Assembly: GCA_008632985.1 (NCBI GenBank) | Contig: QPGO01000003.1 | Span: 930,001-968,865, forward strand | Direction: 5' to 3' | Source of the DNA: Psammoneis japonica | Taxonomy: Eukaryota | DNA length: 38,865 bases | Part shown: positions 11,696 through 23,300 of the stretch, one piece after another | Layout of the letters: each line of letters opens with the position of its first letter | Numbering within the stretch: the first letter of the stretch is position 1 | Made by a program: the position numbers and the translations under genes | Notes under the pieces: generated by a model | Databases searched by the model: none | The model's input: only the letters and a program-made list of their open reading frames with translations | Told to the model about the DNA's origin: nothing

Positions 11696-14600
11696 TCATT
11701 CGTCAATGAACAGATCCAGAAAGCACCTGGGCCATCCGCCAAGGCAGCTCTGCCAATTTGCCATTCTTCTCTGGAAGGAAAAGAAATTAAATGGCTTCTT
11801 CTGGTCATGACTCTGAAACTGCTTGAGGAATTCTAGGACATGGTCCCTTTCTGTTTCTGAAAGGGAGGCCCAAATTTCCTGTTCCGTGACACCCAAATGC
11901 AGGGCTTCCTGGTTGGATGGTTTTCCAAGCCAACCCCCCCTGTCCTGCTCTGCAATTTCAAGGGATGACTGGCAAATTGTGACTTTGTCCATCACCATTT
12001 CGTGGGTCATGCATTGAATCAGCACATGTTCTTCTGTGTGCTCCAAGTTGCGCACGACTTGGGTGAGGGACCACAGGTTGCATGGGACTGTGATGCGACA
12101 CCTTTCAAACTTCGGATGCAACAATGATTGCATCATCTCTTTCAGGTTTTTGCAGAAAAAGCGATTTCCAAAAGACGTCGGCTGCCACTCCCCACGTTGC
12201 ATTCAGCAGCAGTCCATGCAAATCTGAGCAAATCCACTCTGCTTAAAATCAATCTCACTGCCAAATCGTGACTTCATGTGATTGACAAAATCCTTGGCAG
12301 AAATGTTGCAATTCAGGTGGTGGGTGGCACTTCCATCCTGCAGAGAGACAGTGTGCACCTCAACAGCAGCGTTTGTGTGGAGGTCCTCTGCAACTTGACA
12401 CCTTGCCTCATCTCTGTGTTTGCCACAGCCTCCACCCCACAGTCAGAACAAAGCTTGTCATGGGACAGCTCTGCTGCATTGACAGGCCTCATCATGCACA
12501 GCCACAGGATTTTGGTGCTGCCGTCTTGATTGGGGAGCATCAAAAAAATTGAAACAAGAGTCTCACATGAGCCACAACCACAGTCGACAAACGAGTCAAA
12601 CAGAACAATGAGAAAATGGAATGTGACAATGTGAGACTTGTGCTAAAGTTGCATCCATGCATTCACTCACATCCAGATTGGGATTTTGTGTGAGGTCAGG
12701 TGCCTTCGCCCGAGTGTTGGTTGCATCAACAGACACCTCCTCATCATCCAGAGTGATGATGGGTGCGCAGCAATCCAGTTCGTCACATCCGTCAACCCCA
12801 TGCAACAATTGGTGACTTGTGGTCTCTGCTCCCTCACTTTCTTTGTTGAGGGAGGATTCTTCCATCAAGGAGTTTAGTTCATTGTCTGCCACAAGTCCAT
12901 CATGTGTCAAGGATTCGTCCATGTCTGATGCTCCCTGCAACAAGTTTAATTCATTGTCAGCTGCAAGTCCATCATGTGACAAGGAATCCTCACTGTTGGA
13001 TGCTCTAGACCAGGAGTCCAATTTGTTGTCAGCTGCAATTCCATTGTGAATCATTGCAACTTTTTGCTTGCACAGGTTTGGGTCAGAGTCAACACACTCC
13101 ACTGTTTGGTGCTCTGTCAATCCACAGGGCTTGTGCAGACGCTGACCTGGGGGAGAAAATGTGAACAGGTCTTGCCCTGAACATGGACCATGGAACACAC
13201 AATTGAACATGTGGGTGCAGCGATTGTTGGCATTCTCACAAAGTTTGTGCTCTGTTCTGTTCCAACCATGCTCTTTGGTCCCGGTCTCCAATGACATCCG
13301 TTGGTGCATGAGCAGCTGTTCTTCTGGGTTGATGTGGGCCAGTTAAGTGGCAGCTCCAGAATTGAAGACAGGATGCACCATGTTGTTCAAATGCGGGTGG
13401 TCCTTCACTGCAACACTGGACAGTGCAAGACAATGCAGCACCAACATGAGATGAATCTTGCTGAAATCTGCTCCCCGGTGTGCTCAAACATCACAGGCAG
13501 CCTTGCAGTGTTGTCCCATTAAATTGGGACAGAACTCTTTTGTGATCATGTGTTTGTTGATCCAGCCAAAGCAGTGCTGCACAGATTTCATCAACCACAA
13601 GGTCGACTGGGTTGTTCGTGGTGCTGGTGCACCTGTCATCAACAAAAACCTCACCAAACTTCTTGCAGGTCAAATTGGCAGGGCCAATCCCACCCACCTG
13701 TGGGTCTCCAAACAACACGCCAAATTCATTCATCAAGCAATTGGCAAATTGCACAAATGGGTCCGCGCCTTCACAACACAGGTTGGGCAGGCACTTGTCC
13801 CCAACATGGCAGAAGTGGTGGCATCCCGTCAGACAACCGGCAAGGACAGCCAATCTTGTGACTCATTTTGTGGGTCAGGCCCAGATTGGCACACAATGTT
13901 CTTGAAACAGTGCAGAACTGTGGCTGGGGCAGACAAGTGAAAGTCCCTGATGGGGAGTGCAGGGAACTTCAACCAATCCATGTGCACATGGGGGATGTCA
14001 CCACCTCTGCCAATGACAACATTGTTCCACGGCCTGCTGTCATTCAGCAAGAGATGCTTGAATGCACTGGAGGACAGTGGGAAGTCAGGATGGGTGGGAC
14101 CAATGTGTTGCAGGTCCATGTCTTGAAGCACAAAGTCAAGCTGAGCTTGATTGTGTTGCACCCAAGTCAGCATCGGCTTCACATCTCACCTGTCATCACA
14201 GCATTGACCGATGTGACTTCTGCCATTGGTGACTGCCTTGAAGGACTGCCAAAGGCATCCACAACAAAGAAACAACTGGCGGCTGTTTTCCCACAGGTGC
14301 AGTTTTTTCCATCAAAGTGTCCATCACAGAATTGACCACGGGACACGCACAATCCCTGCATGGTGACGTCCTCCCGTTTGAAATGCAGACAACCCATTTC
14401 ATCGCACAATGCTTTCAAATGCTCCTTGCACCAAAGCAACCAGTTGAACGGTGGAGGATTGCTCAGTTTCCAAAGCTCCACCTCATTCTTGCAAAGCTGA
14501 GTCAAGTTGAGAATGTCTGCAACCATGGCCTTGATTTTGGATGACTCGTTGGAGTCAAAGTTTTTGTCAGGCTCGAAAACATCAAGACCACACGTGGCCT

Positions 14601-16600
14601 TGGGTTTAGCTGATTTGGTGGAGCCAGGCTCCTTTGGATGATGCAAGCACCCAGCACAGCTGAACTTGATCCTTCATCTGTCTTTGGACTCAACGGCAAG
14701 CGATCTGTCACGTTTTAGATCAGACTCGCCCTTCAACAAAATAAAAAGCAAGAGGGTGGGAATGCACACATGAAGGCAACCAATGTGCCCTTTGCACAGA
14801 GAGTTGGCTTGTTGGGCAATGGAGAGTTCCTCCAAGCAGTGATCCAGGTGAGGAGGGCACTCAGCTCTGACACAGGAGGCGGTGGTGGGATTGCTTGTGG
14901 GAGTTTTGTTGGAAAAGATGTGCCAGTTTTCCCTCAGGTTGTCTGCAAGGCAAAAGTCAGCAGCGGAATGGCGCAGCACATGCTTGGTGTTGGTCGCCTT
15001 GTCAATGATGTGAAGGCATGACACATGGGCAGCAACTTCCTCTGAGGCAACAGAACAACACTTGGACGGGTCAAAGTGCTGGCAGAGAGTGGACTTGTCC
15101 AGCCACGACATGTCGTTGGGGTCCAGTGGAGGAGACAATGCAACCGAGCATTTTCCGGCAACAACTGGCCAAGAGGTGGGCAGCTTGGAGGTGGGACCTT
15201 TTGAGGAAGAAGGAGATTTTGCCGAATCTGCAGTTTCTGACAAAGGGGAAATGTTGGCGCAGTGAGAGTGCAGTGCACCTCCCTGGATGACAGCACATTG
15301 CCAGACAATGGAGGACGTGCTGGGTTTGAGTGTGATGCAGGCCTGGACTTCTTGTTGTGGACAGTCAAAGAAGGCTCTTGTGGTGTGCATGATGACAACA
15401 GGAGAAAAAATGGACAAATGAGAAAAAGGATGCACACAGGAGGTGAAGGAAAAAGGGCACATGCTGTCACACAAACAGGTGTCATCTTTGCGTGTCCTCC
15501 TGATGTTGCGTTTGGTTTTGGATTGATGCTCTCATTTGTTGTCATCATCCATGCAGTCAGCCCTCTGACCACACATTCTGCAACAAAAAATTGTGAGCAA
15601 TTTGCTGTGCTTGGGTTGTGTGCCAGGTTGCTCCTTGGGACAGCGCTTCCCAAGTTCATGATTCAACGTGCAATTGATTTTTTCTTCGTGCACCTCCCAA
15701 CGGGCAAGGGAAGCACCTGCCAACATCACAGAGTTCTTTGTGTTGCTGATTTTGTCTGGTGTGAGGAATTCCTTGACATTGTCTGCCTGGGATCCCGGGC
15801 AGTTAGAATTGCACAAGACTGGAAAGCTGTCAACAAACATGCACCACTCCTTTTGGGCATTGACATGGCAAAAATCTGCACAAACCAACAGTCAAAGTCA
15901 TTTGGTTTGTGCTGGACATGACACATGACGATTTTGGTGACAAAGCATGCACTGTGAAGGTCTTGTGCACGGTCGTTGATCAATTCTTGGAGGTTTTTGC
16001 ACCGTAAAAAACGGAAACAAGGCTTGCTAGAAACAGGATCATTTGGGTCGTCACCAGCAATGATCATGTGAACAAATTCTACCATGGCTTTGATGCTGCG
16101 GTGAAGTTGCACGAGGTGCTCCTCTTCTTCAACTGTCTCTCTGGGCAACTTTTGGAGAAATGGAGAGCTTCCTCCAAATTTCGATGATGAAGGACATGCT
16201 CACCTTTCAGCGCACGGGAATTCTTCAGGGACCAACCATGAGTCTGGATGCAAGACCAAACATCAGGGCAGCCAAGAGTTTTCCTGATGATGTTGTTGGT
16301 GCAGATGACTTCCATGACATGTGGAATTCAACACAACTTCAGCTTGTGGCAAAGGAAGGGAAGAGTGAGAAATTGCAGAGAGGGAGTCCATTTTGTTGTC
16401 TCCAAAAACTGCTGTTTGAATGCACACATTGAAATCAAGCTTTTGAGCTTGGGACCAAACAACTCCATTCCAAAACCATTGGCAAAATGTTCTGTTTCAT
16501 CAAAATCAACCTCATTGGGAAATTGGAAGGAAGGGTCAGGGTCAACCTCATCGCGGGACGGGGTGAAGTCGTTGATGACCGCCATGGCAAGAAGTCAGTT
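11696..16600 (-). pseudogene. Very large (~4.9 kb) frameshifted ORF of unknown function, copy 1
   Basis: Chain of minus-strand ORF pieces: 16328..16585, 16079..16315, 15726..16148, 15532..15888, 14674..15474, 14179..14646, 13829..14182, 13491..13853, 12596..13309, 12313..12543, 11696..12202. The 13790-16527 part is collinear with the 673-aa ORF of copy 2. Confidence 0.55.
12869..13048 (-). repeat. 72-bp (24-aa) coding tandem repeat, ~2.5 copies
   Basis: HNGIAADNKLD / HDGLAADNELN / HDGLVADNELN; the His codons begin at 13048, 12976 and 12904 on the minus strand. Confidence 0.85.
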
Positions 16601-17130
16601 GTAAAATGCACGTGAATCACAACAGCACATGCTCAGGTCAAATGCAGTTTGGGGGACAGGATGCACTGTTGTGAAATGCGCAGACAATTGCGCATGTAGA
16701 ATGAGTGCTTGAAACCGGGTAGAGAGCCAGGCACTGAAATTCTGGGAAGTGCTGGAAAAATGAGGCCAGAAGTGCACATGGGGGTGACTTGGGTGCAGAG
16801 GACATGCCAGCCACTGCGGCGAGGCATGTGGGAGGTGCAGCTGTTGAAAACAACTGTCAAAGATGACATTTCAAAATGAATGCGATGTTGTCATCAAATT
16901 GCAATGTGACAAAATCAAGCAAAGGACAAGTTTAAATTGATCAACAAAAAACAACAAAAACAAACAGGCAACAAATGTCCACATGAAACACCACAAATGA
17001 AGGCAGTGCATTGTTCACTTTTACTTTCTAAACAAAAGTTCAACATGCATGCCATCAATTGGCACAAATTGTGCAAAGAGAGTTGAACACCACTGCACTG
17101 CAGCCTCTGATGGAATGATTGCAACCAACA

Positions 17131-17470
17131 CATTGGAACTCACTTTCTCCTTTCTGCAGATCAACTTGACTTGGCAATCTTTCATGCACACTCAAAGCAA
17201 TCAATGACCCCAATGCATGCAATTGTGTGTTGCGTTTTCCTTGCTTCCCAACACAGCAATCCACCCTCTTTCCTCTTTCCACGATCTGACCAAGTGATGC
17301 CATTGCTCCACAACCACAGTTGTGCAATTCACAACACTGCATTGCCGTTTTTCAAAATGGATGGCAATGGTGTTTGGCAGGGTGAGGATGGGGTGGTTGC
17401 ATGTCCGTGTTGCAAATGATCATTCACTTGCATGCTTGCCCATTTCCATCACAACCTGCAATGTTTTTGG
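17131..17470 (+). mobile_element. 5' fragment (upstream region plus zinc-finger N-terminus) of a second Plavaka-like element related to 2161-2560
   Basis: Shared upstream blocks CATT..AACTCACT...CCTT and ATGACCCCAATGCATGC, then CAAAATGG. Protein ACPCCK*SFTCMLAHFHHNLQC versus ACPCCKQSFQRMLGHLNRNPQC. Confidence 0.65.
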
Positions 17471-17579
17471 TCACTCATGAGAAGGCCAACTTGCTGCATT
17501 GAGAGCCTGTCACCCCCTCTCCCCATTGCCAGATGTCTCCATCAATGTTGTGGATTGAACTTCCCCTTCCAGGAATGGA

Positions 17580-20361
17580 GACACTTGTCCCTGACACAGT
17601 GGAAGTGGCAGTGTTCTGTGGGACAACTGGCAAGAATCGGCAGTCTCATGACTTGTTTTGGGTCTGGCCCAGATCTGCGCACAATGTTTTTGAAGCAGCA
17701 GAGCACTGTGACTGGAGCCAACAAATGAAAGTCCCTCACAGGGAACAAGGAGAACTTCAGCTGATCCATGTGCACATTGAGAAGTCCTGTCTTGCTGCCA
17801 CTGCCAATCACAACATTGTTCCATGGCCTTTTGTCATCCAGCGAGAGATGCTTGAATGTGCTGGCAAAGAGTGCGATGTCAGGATGGGAGGGACCATTGT
17901 GTTGCAGGTCCAAGTCTTGAAGTGCAAAGTCAAACTGAGCACAATTGTGGTGCATCCAAGTCAGCATCAACTTCATGTCAAACATGTCATTGCAGTGTTG
18001 ACCAACGGGACTTCTGCTGTTGGTGACTGCCTTGAAGGACAACATCTTGCCACATGTGTCCATGACAAAGAAACAAGCTGCGGCTGTTTTCCCACATTGA
18101 CACCAGGTGCAGTTTTTGCCGTCAAAGTGTCCATTGCAGAATTGACCACAAGATGTGCAAAATCCCTGCACAGTGACGTCCTCCCGCAGGAAGTGCAGAC
18201 AGCCCGATTTGTCACACAAAACTTTTGAGTGCTCCTCATGCCAAAGCAAGAAGTTGAATGGTGGCGGATGGCTCAGTCTCTGGAGCTCAACCTTGTTTTT
18301 GCAAAGCTGAATCAAGTCAAGAATGTCTGCCACCATGGCCTTGATTTTGGAGGACTCATTGGCATCAAAGATTTCATCAGGATTGAAAACATCAAGACTG
18401 TGTGTGGCCTTGGGTTCAGCTGATTTGGTGGAGCCAGGCTCCTTTGGATGATGCGACTGCCCGGCATGACCAAACTTGACCCTTTGTCTGTTGCCAGACT
18501 CAACTGCAACCGATCCATCTTGTTTTGGATTTGACTCACCCTTCAGCAAAATGAAAAGCAGAAGGGTGGGAATGCATGCATGAAGGCACCCAAAGTGGGC
18601 TTTGTGCAGAGTGTTTGCTTGTTGGGTGATGGAGATTTCCTTCAAGCAGAGATCCAGGTGAGCAGGGCACTCAGCTCTGACAAGAGAGGTGGTGGTGGGA
18701 TTGCTTGAGGGAGTTTTGTTGGAAAATGTGTGCCAGTTTTCCCTCAAGTTGTTTGCAAGGTAAAAGCCAGCAGCGGAATGGTGCAGCACATGCTCAGTGT
18801 TGGTGGTGGCCTTGTCAATGATGTGCAGGCGTGACACATGGGCAGCAACTTCCTCTGAGGCAACAGATTGACACTTGGACGGGTCAAAGTGCAGGCAGAT
18901 GGCAGACTTGTCCAGCCACAACATGTCATTGGGGTCTGGGGGAGGAGACAAAATTTCCAAGCAATTTGTGGAAACACCCAGCCAAGAGGAATGCCATTTG
19001 GAGGGAGGACCTTTGAGGGGAGAAGAAGATTTTGCCAGATCCATGATTTCCAACAAGGTGAGGATGTTGATGGCAAGAGCACGGTGCACCTCCCCAGACA
19101 ACATCACATCACAAGATGCCAGAGGAGGTGCTGGGTTCAAGAGTGACTTGGTCTTGACCTTCTTGTTGGGGATGGTCAAGGAAGGCTCTGGCGGGGCACA
19201 CAAAGTCAAAGGATCCATGAGACAACAGATGCACACAGGCAGCCAGTGAAGGCAAAGGGGGAGGGGGTGCTTGCCATCATGCAAACAGGTGCCATCTTTG
19301 TGGGTCCTCCTGATTTTGTTTTTGTGGGTCCTCCTGATTTTGCACTTGGTTTTGGATTTGCAATCTTGTTTGTTGTCATCATCCATGCAGCCAGCCCTCT
19401 GATCATGCATTCTGCAATGAAGCATTGTGAGCTGCTTCCCACACCTGCATTGCACACCAGGTTGCTCCTTGGGACAGCGCTTCCCAAATTCATGATTCAA
19501 CATGGAATTGATTTTTTCTTCGTGTGCCTCCTGATGGGCAAGAGAATTGCCTGCCATTGTCACAGAGTTCTCAATGTTGCCAAGTTTGTCTCCTGGGAAC
19601 CCCTTGTTGATCTTGTCCTCCTGGGAAGCCAGTTCACTGGAATCACATGTGACAACAAAGCTGTTGATGAACAGACACCACTCCTTTGGGTGTTGACAGG
19701 TGAAACATCAGCATGAACCAACAGCACATGTCCTTGGGTTTGCACTGGATGCAGCGCATGACAATTTTGGTGACAAAGCATGTGCCGTGAAGGTCATGTG
19801 CTTGGTCATTGATCAATGCTTGGAGATTTTTGCACTGCAAAAAATGGAGACAAGGTTTGCCAGAGACAGGGTCATTTGGGTCATCACCGGTGATGATCGT
19901 GTGCACAAAGTCCACCATTGCCTTGATGTTGCGGTGAAGCAGCATGCGGTGCTTCTCTTCTTTTTCTGTCTCTGTAGGAACTTTGGAGAAATGGAGAGCT
20001 TCCTCCAAATTTTGATGTCAAAAACCACATTCACCTGCTTTCAGCATGCAGGACTTCTTTGTGGACCAACCACGAGTCATGATGCAGGACCAAATGTCTG
20101 GGCATCCAAGAGTTTTCCTGACAATGTTGTTGGTGCGGACAACTTCTGTGACATGTGGAATGCAACGTGACTTTGGCTTGTGACAAAGGAAGGGCAGAGC
20201 AAGGAACTCTGGAGAGAGGGACCAATTCATTGTCTCCAAAAACTGCTTTTTGGATGCACGTGTTGAAACTGTTCTTTTGAGCTTGGGTCCAAACAACTCC
20301 GCTCCAAAGCCATTGGCAAAACACCCCAACTCATCAAAATCACACACATCAGGAAATTGGA
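17580..20361 (-). pseudogene. Large unknown ORF, copy 2 (diverged direct repeat of ~13790-16527)
   Basis: ORFs 17542..19563 and 19643..20008 align with copy 1 (e.g. HHPKEPGSTKSA.PKAT, GQFC.GHFDGKNCT, RPWNNVVIG, GDDPNDPVS.KPC). Carries a private 24-bp tandem duplication at 19297-19342. Confidence 0.75.
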
Positions 20362-20803
20362 CGTTCAATGAACCATGGCAGTTGGGTGCGGGGCAACCAC
20401 ATGCTGGTGTCATTTGTGAGGGAGGCAGCAGATGTGATGTTGGAGGAAGGGAGGCATTGGTGGAGTTCAAGGTTGAGTTGTTTGAGGACAATGCTGAGAA
20501 CTGGTGCCACAAAAGGAGAGGCAAGAGGGCGTCCTTGGCAGAATCCTTCGGGTTGAAGGAAGGAATGCCATGTGCTGGTGGGGTCTCAATGCCAACATTC
20601 ATTGGGAGCATTGCAGAACAGGTCAAAAAGGTGCAGCAGGTGTCAGAATTGGGGGATGTCATTGAGTTGTTGGCAACGGCCTGTTCCAGCTCCAGGTGAT
20701 CTGCGCGGGTTCGATTCCCATCATTTGGCAATTTGTGCATTCAGCGCATTGAACTTTTTCAAAATCCATTTTTTGCCAAATCGAAGGGCAAGTGCACACT
20801 TTG

Positions 20804-21258
20804 CTTGTTGAGGTCATTTGGGTCTTTGTGAAGGGCAATGAAGCAGTTGGAGGAGAGGATGGCGTGCATGTCAGGAGGGATGGAGTTGGTGAGCAGGAGG
20901 AGCAGAAGGTCACGGAAGGCCAGGAGATGGGGACGGATTTGTGTCATGGTGGGTGCAGAGGTTTTGAAAAGTGCACATGCTTTGAGCAGGTCCATTGAGT
21001 CTGCAAAAGGTCCAGCCACAGTTGCTGGTTTGCATTTGCTCAGTGCCGAGAGTGGGTTGTCTTCAGAGATGTCAGGTGTGCCGGAGGAGGAGGGGGATGA
21101 CGGGTGTTGTGAGTGTTGGCTGTTGGATGATGTTGGATGTGGGGTGGGTGCAGAGATTTGATGACTGCAATTCTGTTTTCATCCACAGCAGCAATGGGGA
21201 GGTTGGATGTGACTTGATGGCAGGCAACTAAATTGTCCCAAGTCACCATGGCAGCCAT
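20804..21258 (-). mobile_element. Degenerate fragment of a CRE-like non-LTR retrotransposon related to the element at 33236-38865
   Basis: AGPFADSMDLLKACAL...RPHLLAFRD..LLLL.NSIP...SNCFIALHKDPNDLNK aligns with AGVFADSTDLFKSCAL...RPCLSSFRE..LLLLHGSIP...SNYFVALHKDASDLNK. TSNLPIAAV...IKSLHPP aligns with TSALPVAAV...ILKLYPP. Confidence 0.85.
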
Positions 21259-21459
21259 GTTGCAAGTGTGGCAATGATTTTTTCAGCAGAAAATCACGAG
21301 CCATTCTGGCCAAATTCAAGCCAAAAAGGAGCAACTGATCACTCTCAATCCTGCACAACTGGCAGGAAAAATTGTTTGCCACGCAAAAGGCCAAAGTAAA
21401 AGACCAAAACACAAGCAATGAGACATGACAAGCAAGTTGCACATTCAACAACATGCACA

Positions 21460-23300
21460 CCCATTGTGACAACTCCGTCCTCCTGACAAGCGACCCCACA
21501 ATGAAACCCTTGTCAAAGTCAGTCACACTGGGGTGAGCTTTGAAATCCTTGACAAGTTTTTCAATTGCTTCCAGAGACATGGCATCCTGCTTGATCTCTT
21601 GAGAGGCACCAGGCTGTGAAAAAACCATGCAAGCACAAATGTGTCATTGAGCACATCAAGACAACTTGCGGATTCTCTTGGCAGTGAGTGCATCGGCCAA
21701 CAATTGTTCTTGCACCAGCACTCTAAAGTTCTTCTTCCCCCTTTTCCTTGACAAAGGCAGCAGATGACAGCATTGCTTTGCCAATCCCCAGGACCATTTG
21801 TCTGTGCCCTCCGCAGCCATTTCTGGATGACCCTTGGGCATTCGATTGACTGTCACACCCATTTTTTGACCCATCATTTGCAACAATGTCTCCTCATTCA
21901 TGAAATCATCACAGGCAAACATCAAGTGTGGCAGAGATGTGGACTCATCAATCTCACCATCTTCACCTTTTGCTCCATCCATTGTGTGCTCACTGGTGGG
22001 GTTGTTTGGATCAATGAATCCAAGCTCACACAAAATTTGCTTTAAGCCTTTTCCTGGCTTGCAGCACCATCCACACTTCACTTTTTGAACCATTTCTTCT
22101 ACAGGCACATTGCCAATCTTGGCTGCATCACAATCAACTCATCCTTTTTCTTGCCCCTGATGTTCTTGATGTTCTTTTGAAGGAGTTTTTCATGGAGTTC
22201 AGGGTGCAAAAAAAACTTCTGAGTTTCAGTTTCTCCTGCAACAGGTGTGTCATGCTTCTGGGCTTGTCGTTGCTCCAGTGTCATCCAATGTGGTCCATCA
22301 TCATTGTTGCCAAAAAGCATTGTCTGTGCTGACCCTGCAGATGGCATGCCAACAGCCTCAGCACAAGGGCCTGAAAGCCCTCTGCCCAGAGAACATCAGT
22401 GGGGTGCATTTTGCTCTGGTCACTGCCAACTTCTGCATTCATCGCACATTTGTTGTAAATCAGTCTGCTGGCTCTCTGCTTGTCATGCCTGCAAGAATGG
22501 TCAAAGAGGAAATGACAATCAAGCTGCAGATGCATGACCTTCAAACAATCAACACAATCCTCCAGCTGGGCCAACATGTGGTTGTGGTTCCAGCAGCCTT
22601 CGTTGTTCACTCCATGCTCAAACTCTTGAAGAAATGGGCTCTCAGTCAGTTTTGGCTTCTGTTGCTTTTTGCCAAGTGCCACTTCTGCAGCTTCTTCATT
22701 GGTGCAGCATTTGCCTGCATGAGTTGCACTCATCTCCTCAAGCTTCTCTTGTGTCACATCAGCATCATGCATGAGGCCAACCTTGCAGCACTGGAACAAG
22801 GACTCCATTGTGCCTTCACCATCATCTTTTGGCATCAGAGGTCTTTTGCCATTGGGGCCTGACCAAGATTTTGTGCTGAGCAAGTTTTGCTTTAAAATGG
22901 CTTTGTCTTGTCCAAAGATCAGAGCTGGCTTTTCGTTTGGGTCCTTGCACACGCTTTTGCTCCCCCCAAATTGCACAAAACACTCTGTCTCATTTCAGCC
23001 GTTTTTCCTTTGAAATTTCCAAAATGCCCCGCAAAACAAATTGCGGTGATTGGTGTTTCCCAAATGTGGGTGTCAGCTGTGGCAAGAAATGTTGTCCCGC
23101 CTTGAGTCATGTCAACTCTCCTCAAGAATTGTCGTGCTGTCTGGAGTTGTCTCGTCGTTGTGTCTCAAATGGTGTTGTCTCATTGTTGTGCTCTGTTCTC
23201 AGCAAAAGGGAGCAGCAGCACTTGTGGATGCAACAACATTTGGGGGAGCTCTCAATGTCTCATCCATTTGACAGGATGAACAATTTTGCCTTGAAGGCAT
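21460..23300 (-). mobile_element. Dead IS630/Tc1-mariner-related DDE transposase (long-insertion type); the element may extend to ~24,300
   Basis: GQD(K)A..KQ...SW....RPLMPKDDGEG.M; EHG..NEGCW...M..QLEDCVD; FLFDHS..H; KGLKQILCE.G; DFMNEETLL; PKGHPEMA.EG...WG.AK; IEKLVKDFKAH...DFDKGF. Multiple frameshifts. No TIRs found. Confidence 0.7.

Noticed and set aside
11696..12202. Ulp1-like protease domain at the end of the large ORF
   Set aside because: ITVPCNLW is only loosely reminiscent; no HW or QxxxxDCG catalytic motifs seen.
12869..13048. 72-bp periodic repeat as a CRISPR-like array
   Set aside because: It is an in-frame degenerate coding repeat with no unique spacers and no cas genes, in a eukaryotic context.
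20362..20800. Possible ORF1 fragment of another CRE-like element
   Set aside because: Only vague resemblance to the 36681-38639 protein; the alignment is not convincing by eye.
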